A DNA stretch of 64,000 bases from Sulfurirhabdus autotrophica. Its GTDB lineage: Bacteria > Pseudomonadota > Gammaproteobacteria > Burkholderiales > SMCO01. Shown piece by piece: positions 1 to 7,559 of this stretch (positions are counted from its first letter, which is position 1; the number at the start of each line of letters is the position of its first letter). The translations under genes were made by a program, and so were the position numbers. The stretch spans positions 120,940 through 184,939 of the forward strand of contig NZ_SMCO01000002.1 of the NCBI RefSeq assembly GCF_004346685.1. The letters are read 5' to 3'. Under the pieces are notes generated by a model, which was given only the letters and a program-made list of their open reading frames with translations, was not told the DNA's origin and did not search any database.

Positions 1-1972
1 AATCTTTATAGCGAAAATATTCCACATCGTGACGCCCATTGGAATCGAAGCCGTGAATCGCAAATGGATCACCGATCTTGTCCAAGGCGTCAGCCAATAA
101 CACCGTCGCTTCCCTTGCTAATTCCAGCACTGTGCTTTCGGAACCGAGTACGGCATCATTAGTGGATTCGGACAAATCAATCAGCAGCATCACTGAAAGA
201 TCGCGCACTTTGCGTACATTACGAATCATGATGCGCGGATCAGGCTGTTCACCCATACGCATTTCAATCATGGCGCGTACTGCGGCATTGATATCGATCT
301 CATCGCCATCTTCCTGCTTGCGCAGACGCTGTACACCCTGCGGCTGCATAGCTTCAATCAGGTATTTAAGCCGCGCAACGATAGGTTTGTGCTTGACCAC
401 AATATCGTCAATCATTTGCAGTTCACCGGGCTTAGCACGCTTTTCCAGCACCGTGCACCAGTCGGGACGGTCCAATTGCATCTGATAATCCCACTCCGGA
501 TAATGGTAGGGATCAGGTGGCGGCTCACGACCTTCCTGCTGGTTGATACTGGTAGTTTCCTCATCGCGAAAAAATTCGCTGTTGAGCACCCAAATTTCAT
601 TAGCATCATCACCCGCGCCAGGCACATCAATCGCGTTAATCATTTCCATCACGCTAACGTACTTGCGGATTTGCTGTGTGGTCACACCGGCAACAACTTG
701 CCCGGCTTCACGAATATCTTCGAACTCCCACATGTACTGATTGTCATCGCGGTAAAGAATATCAATCACATCATTAGACTGACTATAAATCACGCCCATG
801 CCCTGCATTTCTTCCGCAAGGCGAATACCCATTTCGCGTACCCATTCCGTCACATTTTGCTGCGCTTTGTTTTCACTGAACAGGCGATAGCCAAGCATTA
901 CCAAAGGGTGATTATCACGATAATCTTCGTCCAACAGAATGCGTGCCAATCGCGCCATCAATCCCACAGCACTATCACCAGTTTGCGGGGTGGCCGTATG
1001 AAATGACAACCATGTTTGCTTAAGTCCCGGAAATTGTGCTACTGCCAACCCTTCAATGCGTGCATCTTCAATTAACCCGATCAGTACAACTTGCAATGCG
1101 CTAAGCCCGGTGCTATCAAATTGCTCAGTGGTATATACCTGATGGCATGCCGCATGTGCTGCACTGGCTCGGTAAAGATCAATACCGGGTATGCGTACTT
1201 CTTCACCAGTAGAAGAATCAAATACGAAATCATCGAAAGCATCGGGTAAATGAATAATATAACCGTCAATTGAAGGTCGATAACCTTCGCGCTGCTCAAA
1301 GTCACCGCTGGTTGGCCGCATAAAGAAATCACGCCCCCACAAGGCGCGCATATACATACCAATGCGTCGCTGCACATCGATGAACAAGGTCCCCTTGCGT
1401 TCTTTTTGCAACACGCCGATAGACTCAGGACTTTCCAGGCTGAAATATTTAAGCTGTCCATCAAAATTGGTTTTATGGGCCTGTGCACCCCACAACGCCC
1501 AGCGCCTTAACCCGCCCAATGTAAGCTGACCAAGCAGCGTACTAAGATGGTCCAGCATCGGACGAATTCCGCGTGGCGCTTGCGCCAGCAGCGTATCCAG
1601 CAAATGCAAAAATCCGCGAAACAACTCAGGATCACCAAGGCGTGCAGCAGCTACAGGACTGGTAGCAAAAATGGCAGCAATCACTGATGCGCTGGTCTTG
1701 GAATACATTTTGATTGCTGCGGCAAGCAGATCGCTCACCGAGTCTTCACCTAGCTCGCGCGCAACTGCAGGTGCATTTTGAATAAATGTCACGACCAGAT
1801 CAGTACCACGACCTAACGATTTTAAACCGGTAGCACCTTGCAGATAATAGTTTTCCAGTCCACGTGGGCTGAACACGCGTGCTGCTTCACCCCAGGAGGC
1901 ACGTAACACTTCGCCTGCATGCTCCCCAAGTTCGTCCAGAATATCCTGATATTTTTCAAGTTCAACCGACAT
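1..1972 (-). CDS. cbbO: CbbO, von Willebrand factor A-domain partner of the CbbQ Rubisco activase. Partial: the C-terminal end runs past the window start.
   Basis: Minus-strand frame starting at the ATG at 1970-1972 stays open to position 1. It is not in the supplied ORF track, which appears to list only ATG-to-stop ORFs. My hand translation shows VWA-like sequence. It lies directly downstream of cbbQ in the cso locus. The plus-strand ORFs in the track here are antisense artefacts. Confidence 0.7.
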   Translation of the reverse strand, partial: MSVELEKYQDILDELGEHAGEVLRASWGEAARVFSPRGLENYYLQGATGLKSLGRGTDLVVTFIQNAPAVARELGEDSVSDLLAAAIKMYSKTSASVIAAIFATSPVAAARLGDPELFRGFLHLLDTLLAQAPRGIRPMLDHLSTLLGQLTLGGLRRWALWGAQAHKTNFDGQLKYFSLESPESIGVLQKERKGTLFIDVQRRIGMYMRALWGRDFFMRPTSGDFEQREGYRPSIDGYIIHLPDAFDDFVFDSSTGEEVRIPGIDLYRASAAHAACHQVYTTEQFDSTGLSALQVVLIGLIEDARIEGLAVAQFPGLKQTWLSFHTATPQTGDSAVGLMARLARILLDEDYRDNHPLVMLGYRLFSENKAQQNVTEWVREMGIRLAEEMQGMGVIYSQSNDVIDILYRDDNQYMWEFEDIREAGQVVAGVTTQQIRKYVSVMEMINAIDVPGAGDDANEIWVLNSEFFRDEETTSINQQEGREPPPDPYHYPEWDYQMQLDRPDWCTVLEKRAKPGELQMIDDIVVKHKPIVARLKYLIEAMQPQGVQRLRKQEDGDEIDINAAVRAMIEMRMGEQPDPRIMIRNVRKVRDLSVMLLIDLSESTNDAVLGSESTVLELAREATVLLADALDKIGDPFAIHGFDSNGRHDVEYFRYKD

Positions 1973-2096
1973 AATCCTGCTCCGGATGGTGTGTTGCTTT
2001 AGTGAGTTGTTGTATGCAATGTAAGAAATACAAAACACGCAACTGACCCATTAAGGTGGGTAAACCCTTGGAAAACCCACCTGCGCGATACAAAAC

Positions 2097-2900
2097 TCAG
2101 AAGAACGTGCTTACTGCTGCATCCAGCGCATCGCGCATATCAGGATCATCCGTAATCGGGCGAACCAGGGTCATGCGGCAAGCAGACATGGGATCCACAC
2201 CACTGGCAATCAAACTGCCCGCGTAGATCAACATACGAGTGGAAATCCCTTCGTCCAGGCCGTGTCCTTTCAAATTGCGAGCGCGCTCGGCGATCGATAC
2301 CAGCTTGCTGGCCACGTCTTGAGAAACCCTTGTCTCATGCGAGACAATTTCGGTTTCAATTTCATGGTCAGGGTAGTTGAAATCCAGTGCACCAAAACGC
2401 TGCTTAGTAGACTGTTTTAAGTCCTTCATCAGCGATTGGTAGCCTGGGTTATAGGAGATAACCAACTGAAAATCTGGGTGCGCCTGAATTAACTCGCCTT
2501 TCTTTTCGAGTGGCAGCACCCGGCGGGCATCAGTCAGTGGGTGAATTACAACGGTTGTATCCTGGCGTGCTTCGACCACCTCGTCCAGATAGCAGATGGC
2601 TCCGTGGCGCGCAGCAATGGCCAACGGACCATCTTGCCAGCGGGTTCCGGAAGCATCCAGCAGAAAACGGCCAACCAGGTCGGAGGCGGTCATATCTTCG
2701 TTACACGCTACGGTAATAAGCGGCTTGCCTAATTTCCAAGCCATGTATTCAACAAAGCGTGTTTTACCACAGCCGGTAGGGCCTTTCAGCATCATCGGCA
2801 TACGGACTGAGTAGGCGGCTTCATACAGCGCTACTTCATCTGTTACTGAGCGGTAGTAAGGTTGTTCTTTAACACTGTATTGGCTAATCACGTCATTCAT
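2097..2900 (-). CDS. cbbQ: CbbQ, MoxR/NorQ-type AAA+ ATPase (Rubisco activase subunit).
   Basis: Walker A motif GPTGCGKT and an AAA+ core of NirQ/NorQ/CbbQ type. The likely true start is the internal Met (MNDVISQY) at 2900, which has an AAGGGAA ribosome-binding site. The long ORF start at 2939 is the alternative. Confidence 0.85.
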   Translation of the reverse strand: MNDVISQYSVKEQPYYRSVTDEVALYEAAYSVRMPMMLKGPTGCGKTRFVEYMAWKLGKPLITVACNEDMTASDLVGRFLLDASGTRWQDGPLAIAARHGAICYLDEVVEARQDTTVVIHPLTDARRVLPLEKKGELIQAHPDFQLVISYNPGYQSLMKDLKQSTKQRFGALDFNYPDHEIETEIVSHETRVSQDVASKLVSIAERARNLKGHGLDEGISTRMLIYAGSLIASGVDPMSACRMTLVRPITDDPDMRDALDAAVSTFF

Positions 2901-3032
2901 GATGGTTCCCTTTAAAGTTGGCAGCAAAACTGTCGACAACTTGCAGCAGGGGCATCTTCAATGACGCCTCTCGCTACTGCTTACCCACTGCCGACTGCAT
3001 TTCGCAGTACATAATGATTTACAATCAAACTC

Positions 3033-3260
3033 TCAGTCTGGCCAGACACGGTCTGGGTGCAGCACGTTGGTTGAATTGGTTGAGCTAGCTGCAGGTTTTG
3101 TTGCTGCTACTTTTGTGGTTGGCTTGGCAGCGCTTACTGTTGCAGGTTTAGCTGCTGACTGAGCGTCAGACTTTTCCGCAATGGCAGGTGTCTTGGCTTG
3201 CTGCGCTTTAACCTGGCGTACACCTTGTGCAAGTTTGGATCCCATTTTTTTTACAGACAT
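3033..3260 (-). CDS. Small low-complexity Ala/Lys/Thr/Ser-rich protein, McdB-like candidate partner of the adjacent ParA ATPase.
   Basis: 75 aa with a basic, disordered-looking composition (AKPATVSAAKPTTKVAATKPAAS) and a Trp three residues from the C-terminus (RVWPD). It overlaps the stop of the upstream ParA-like gene by 10 nt. Its position is the one occupied by mcdB in alpha-carboxysome loci. Confidence 0.5.
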   Translation of the reverse strand: MSVKKMGSKLAQGVRQVKAQQAKTPAIAEKSDAQSAAKPATVSAAKPTTKVAATKPAASSTNSTNVLHPDRVWPD

Positions 3261-3886
3261 AAAACCTCCTCAATGATTGCTTCAATATCCGCCACAGCCT
3301 GCTGGCCACGCTTACCCATACCGTATACGCTCTGACCTTCTACTGCAGCACTGCGGTAAGCCGCGCGTCGCTGCATTCCGGCAACCAGCACCGGCACATC
3401 AAATTCCGCCACTGCTTCCCGCATATCCCTTGACAGGGCATTACGCGCTTCCAGTTGATTCAGTACCAGACAGGCCCGGAGATCAGGGTTGTACTGTCTG
3501 GCTTCATTTACTGCAACGGCCATATCCACACTGGCCCACAAATCAATCGGTGATGGCAACACCGGAATCAAGGCGAGGTGAGCAACGCGCAAAATCGCTA
3601 CTATGGCATCACCTTGTACTGTCGGAGGACAATCCACCACCACATAGCGATGTTTACGCGACAATTTGCTAAGCACACCGGCAGGATTACCACCCAGCTG
3701 AGCTACCCCCGGCAATCCAGAATTACCTCCGCCCATTCCCACCCACTGGGTAATTGAGCGTTGGGGATCGGCATCCACCAGATGAGTAGAACTGCGTAAT
3801 GCCAAACCCGCTGATAAATTCAGTGCCAGCGTCGTTTTACCGGTGCCGCCTTTCTGGTTAATCACTGCTATGATTCGGTTACTCAT
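3251..3886 (-). CDS. ParA/MinD-family ATPase, McdA-like (maintenance of carboxysome distribution).
   Basis: Deviant Walker A motif KGGTGKTT near the N-terminus (IAVINQKGGTGKTTLALNLS). 211 aa. Embedded in the cso locus between the shell/assembly genes and cbbQ. Confidence 0.7.
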   Translation of the reverse strand: MSNRIIAVINQKGGTGKTTLALNLSAGLALRSSTHLVDADPQRSITQWVGMGGGNSGLPGVAQLGGNPAGVLSKLSRKHRYVVVDCPPTVQGDAIVAILRVAHLALIPVLPSPIDLWASVDMAVAVNEARQYNPDLRACLVLNQLEARNALSRDMREAVAEFDVPVLVAGMQRRAAYRSAAVEGQSVYGMGKRGQQAVADIEAIIEEVLCL

Positions 3887-3948
3887 GTCCGCTCCATCAT
3901 GGTTTTCTGCCAGTTATGGTGGGGTCGTATCGCTGGATCACACCGCGT

Positions 3949-4227
3949 TTAATTCTTTGTTTTCGTCACCAATGCTTGCATATCGGCAATAAAAGTAGAA
4001 TTCATTTCACGCAATGCAGCCTGCCCTTCACCATCGATACTGATATTCGCGTAGGTTTTACCAAAACTCACGTCAGGATAGTAATCATCACGTTTCGATA
4101 ATTCTGCCAGCTCATCCAGGAACTGACGGGTTTCAGCATAACTGCCAAAATCAAAACGTTGATTAAACTGTGCAACGCGTTCCTTACTGGCTGTTGAACC
4201 AGCATTCACATCTTTAGATTCCGTCAT
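3949..4227 (-). CDS. Pterin-4a-carbinolamine dehydratase-like protein, candidate alpha-carboxysome Rubisco assembly factor (acRAF-like).
   Basis: 92 aa with a PCD-like core (DDYYPDVSFGKTYANISI) in which Tyr-Tyr replaces the catalytic His-His. It is translationally coupled to the ferritin-like gene (ATGA overlap at 4224-4227). cso loci carry a PCD-like gene at this position. Confidence 0.55.
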   Translation of the reverse strand: MTESKDVNAGSTASKERVAQFNQRFDFGSYAETRQFLDELAELSKRDDYYPDVSFGKTYANISIDGEGQAALREMNSTFIADMQALVTKTKN

Positions 4228-4673
4228 GATATGGCTCCTTTCTGAATTTCCATCAGCCCTCGATCCAGCTCACTCAAGTGACCCAGTTCGTCCTGCAAAA
4301 TTTCAGCAAACAGCGACTGCGTCTCGCTATCGCGTATCCGTGCACAGTAGTGCGACGCTTCTTCATACAAACGAATCGCCTCAATTTCCAGCACACGATT
4401 TATCTGCAACATTTCTTCAACGCTACGCCCAGTTCGCACTGGTGGTAGCTGGGTGGCATTAGAAGGAATACCTAGCACCAGCATTCTTTCCATCAGACGT
4501 TCAGCATGAACCAATTCCTCATTCACATCCTCACGCATACGCGCACTCATGTCAGCCATGCCCCACAAACCAACCAGCTTGGACTGCATCAGGAACTGTT
4601 GCACTGCAGCCAGTTCATGACTGAGAGCGCGCGTCAGATATCCGCTTAAACGTGGGTCGGAATACATAGCCAT
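4224..4673 (-). CDS. Ferritin/bacterioferritin-like domain protein associated with the cso locus.
   Basis: 149 aa, helical, ferritin-like with Glu/His-rich motifs (EELVHAERLMERM, QDELGHLSELDRG). The position is conserved in alpha-carboxysome operons. Confidence 0.6.
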   Translation of the reverse strand: MAMYSDPRLSGYLTRALSHELAAVQQFLMQSKLVGLWGMADMSARMREDVNEELVHAERLMERMLVLGIPSNATQLPPVRTGRSVEEMLQINRVLEIEAIRLYEEASHYCARIRDSETQSLFAEILQDELGHLSELDRGLMEIQKGAIS

Positions 4674-4699
4674 ACCTCCATTCGCCTTAAACGCCGTTT

Positions 4700-5026
4700 T
4701 TAGCTGAGATCACCTTCAATCATGCCCATACTGCCATCAGGTGTACTTGGCAGAATGTTCTCTACCTCGGAGTGCACGCGAGCAATAATGTGTGCTGCTA
4801 CCAGACCGTCACCGACGCGTTCGCACGCATCTGCTCCGGCACGTACCGCGGCGTTTACCGCGCCGGTTTCGCCGCGTACCAGTACGGTTACGTATCCACC
4901 ACCAACAAACTGACGACCTACCAGGCGAACTTCTGCCGCTTTGGTCATTGCGTCTGCTGCTTCAATCGCAGGTACCAATCCACGGGTTTCGATCATGCCT
5001 AATGCAACTCCGCTAACGTTTGCCAT
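4700..5026 (-). CDS. csoS1: Carboxysome shell BMC-H protein CsoS1 with a C-terminal extension (CsoS1B-like).
   Basis: [37 protein letters not shown] is a canonical BMC domain. It carries a roughly 12-aa C-terminal tail absent from its paralog. Confidence 0.9.
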   Translation of the reverse strand: MANVSGVALGMIETRGLVPAIEAADAMTKAAEVRLVGRQFVGGGYVTVLVRGETGAVNAAVRAGADACERVGDGLVAAHIIARVHSEVENILPSTPDGSMGMIEGDLS

Positions 5027-5374
5027 TTTCAGTACTCCTTCAGGTTCAATTAATTACAAGTTTTCTTTATGCTGATGCGCTTGGCAGAATGTTCTCTACC
5101 TCGGAGTGCACGCGAGCAATAATGTGTGCTGCTACCAGACCGTCACCAACGCGTTCGCACGCATCTGCTCCGGCACGCACTGCTGCGTTAACCGCGCCAG
5201 TTTCGCCACGTACCAGTACAGTTACGTATCCACCACCAACAAACTGACGACCTACCAGGCGAACTTCTGCCGCTTTGGTCATTGCGTCTGCTGCTTCAAT
5301 CGCAGGTACCAATCCACGGGTTTCGATCATGCCCAATGCAATTCCGCTTACATTTGCCATTTTCAGTACTCCTT
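4746..5374. repeat. Tandem direct duplication of about 295 bp (4746-5040 and 5080-5374, over 90% identical) covering both csoS1 genes and their ribosome-binding site/leader.
   Basis: Direct comparison of the two stretches. The spurious plus-strand ORFs 4722-4913 and 5020-5247 in the track translate almost identically. Confidence 0.85.
5067..5360 (-). CDS. csoS1: Carboxysome shell BMC-H protein CsoS1.
   Basis: 97-aa BMC domain, near-identical to the neighbouring copy at both protein and DNA level. Confidence 0.9.
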   Translation of the reverse strand: MANVSGIALGMIETRGLVPAIEAADAMTKAAEVRLVGRQFVGGGYVTVLVRGETGAVNAAVRAGADACERVGDGLVAAHIIARVHSEVENILPSASA

Positions 5375-5394
5375 AACTAAGTTAAAAAAATTGC

Positions 5395-5652
5395 TCACTT
5401 GCTGTCACCAGCGTCCCATGCATCAATAATTCCGCATATTGTCAGATCGGTCATTGTTGCCCTGTCACCTGTGGCGATTCGTGCTGCTGAACCACCTGCC
5501 GTTATCACCCATTTCCCCGGAGGTACGCCTACCGGGTCACATGCCACGCTGAGTTTTCCCTGAACATCTTCCAAAACTCTCAGTGAAGTATTCTGCAATC
5601 CCGGTACTCGACGCGTCGCTACCAGTTCCGATACCACGCGCATGATTTCCAT
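5395..5652 (-). CDS. csoS4B: Carboxysome vertex protein CsoS4B (EutN/CcmL family).
   Basis: EutN/CcmL-like sequence (MEIMRVVSELVATRRVPGL...). An internal Met start at 5652 abuts the csoS4A stop without overlap. The long-ORF start at 5685 is the alternative. Confidence 0.75.
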   Translation of the reverse strand: MEIMRVVSELVATRRVPGLQNTSLRVLEDVQGKLSVACDPVGVPPGKWVITAGGSAARIATGDRATMTDLTICGIIDAWDAGDSK

Positions 5653-5653
5653 A

Positions 5654-5905
5654 TCAACCTTCCGACCAGTGATCAATGATGCCAATGATGGTCAAATCAC
5701 TGGGGAAGTCTTTGCTACCTGCTGCTTCACGAGCTGCAGAAGAACCAACACAAATTACCCAGTCACCCGCGATACAGCCCACAGCATCCACAGCAACCTG
5801 GCGCGGCCCGCCTACTTTCTCTCTCACCACCAACAGCGGACGGTGTCCCAGATCTTTGATCCTGTTGGTCGAAACCAGCGTTTTTTCCACCTGACAAATC
5901 TTCAT
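5654..5905 (-). CDS. csoS4A: Carboxysome vertex protein CsoS4A (EutN/CcmL family).
   Basis: MKICQVEKTLVSTNRIKDL... is a typical CsoS4A N-terminus. 83 aa. Confidence 0.85.
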   Translation of the reverse strand: MKICQVEKTLVSTNRIKDLGHRPLLVVREKVGGPRQVAVDAVGCIAGDWVICVGSSAAREAAGSKDFPSDLTIIGIIDHWSEG

Positions 5906-5924
5906 CGCTCGCTCCTAAATCGTT

Positions 5925-7511
5925 TTATGCCGCGTCAACTTCAACCAGCTCAATCGGGCTGCCTGGTCGTTTATCCTGTACTGTCATTCCGCACACCAGC
6001 AAACCCTTTTTTGCCAGATCTGCATACCGTGCTTCAATTGCCTCTTTCACGCGCTGACAACGCTCCACTGTACGTTCACGGCAACCTGGCACCCTGTTGT
6101 CATAGCGAAAGTGAATAGCCACTGGAGCCGGCAGACCATGATTCACATTCAGCTTTGTGAAAATCTTGATGCCCACATCCATATCCGGTGCCCCTTCTTC
6201 TACAGTGTGCAGATGGGCAAAGTAAGCCAGATTACGCAACTGGAATTCTTCAAATCCATCACCTACACTGATGAATCTTTCTGCATGACCAATATCGGTA
6301 TACCGCCCACCCCAATTGCTGCATACATATTCAATCTGCGACAAGTTATTGATCAGCAGCGAAGTGATCAGTCTGCGCATTCCTTCATGTGGCTCTCCAC
6401 TACTAGCACCCCATCCGGTCGCTTCACTGGCTGCCTGGATCGCCTGATACACCTTAAGCCGGGCAGTATTCGCATCATCATTTACCGTGCTGCGATACAG
6501 TTCAATGTTGTCAACAAACCGGTGCAAATTCATTTCACCTGCGGCATCGGGTATATGTACCTTGATTGCATCAGTATCTGTATCAACGCCGATCAACAAT
6601 GTATCTACCGAAGCACCACAACAAAAACTGTTTTCAATCGCCTGGCGAAACGCGTTCAGACGTTTCAAACCCGCTTCTGCTGCTACGGTCACGTTACTGC
6701 AATGTGCAGCACAACCCTCGTGAGTCGGATCTGAACTACTCCAGTGATACACAGCCACTTTCAAGTAGCGCGTACCTGCATCTGCTGTTACCGGACGCCC
6801 CTCGCGAAAGCGCATCAATTCAGTTTCAATCCAGCGTTTAACATTAGCGTCTACGTCAAACATTGCACCGGCGTATGCTTTACGACTTCGTACTGCACCT
6901 TCCGGCAGGCGCAAGATATAGCGCACCAAACCTTTCAGTCGCCCATCCGAACACGGCGAGATATCTACCGCGTGATAACCGCTATCGAGAAAAAATGCTA
7001 TAGCGGCATCCGTATCCTTCTGCGGATTTTTTAGTTGCGCCTGCTCAGCTTTCTGGCGCAGTGTTTGCATGACGCACTCACCATACAAAGCGCGCATATC
7101 CAGATCAGCTATCCAGGCATCATCCAAAATCCTTGCTGGTAATTCAAAACCCAGCTGTTCACGAGCAATTACCTGAGCACGTTCAGTAAAATCAGCTTCA
7201 TGTTGCAAACCGGCAATGCGTTTAAGCACTTTAACGATTGCGTCAAAACTGCCTTTAATTGTCTGTTCATGTTCCAGCAGACGTTTGTTCTCTGCTTCGT
7301 TGGTCAACGGGTGACGACAAACTCGACCACCCCCTGTTGAGCAAGCAGGATTGGGCTCAACTAAGGTATTAAGAGCGATGCCTTGTGGTGCGAAAACCGG
7401 TTGAATAGGGCGCGCCTGCAGTACCCCACCAGCTGTACCTAACCCATAAGGGAGGCGACTAGCTGAAGGCTGCTGGTTTCTCATGCGCTCTGGTCGGTTT
7501 CTCGTATTCAT
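5925..7511 (-). CDS. csoSCA: Carboxysomal beta-carbonic anhydrase CsoSCA (CsoS3).
   Basis: 528 aa. It sits between csoS2 and csoS4A, and its size and sequence character match CsoSCA. Confidence 0.8.
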   Translation of the reverse strand: MNTRNRPERMRNQQPSASRLPYGLGTAGGVLQARPIQPVFAPQGIALNTLVEPNPACSTGGGRVCRHPLTNEAENKRLLEHEQTIKGSFDAIVKVLKRIAGLQHEADFTERAQVIAREQLGFELPARILDDAWIADLDMRALYGECVMQTLRQKAEQAQLKNPQKDTDAAIAFFLDSGYHAVDISPCSDGRLKGLVRYILRLPEGAVRSRKAYAGAMFDVDANVKRWIETELMRFREGRPVTADAGTRYLKVAVYHWSSSDPTHEGCAAHCSNVTVAAEAGLKRLNAFRQAIENSFCCGASVDTLLIGVDTDTDAIKVHIPDAAGEMNLHRFVDNIELYRSTVNDDANTARLKVYQAIQAASEATGWGASSGEPHEGMRRLITSLLINNLSQIEYVCSNWGGRYTDIGHAERFISVGDGFEEFQLRNLAYFAHLHTVEEGAPDMDVGIKIFTKLNVNHGLPAPVAIHFRYDNRVPGCRERTVERCQRVKEAIEARYADLAKKGLLVCGMTVQDKRPGSPIELVEVDAA

Positions 7512-7559
7512 CGCTATTTCATTTCCGTTTTTGGTTGCTCAATCTCTGCCTGTTTCAAA

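Noticed and set aside
78-1488. Plus- and minus-strand ORFs (78-485, 389-1006, 412-630, 1081-1488) in the first 2 kb.
   Set aside because: They lie antisense to, or out of frame with, the long uninterrupted cbbO reading frame that starts at 1972 and runs off the window. They are artefacts of the ORF caller listing only ATG-to-stop ORFs.
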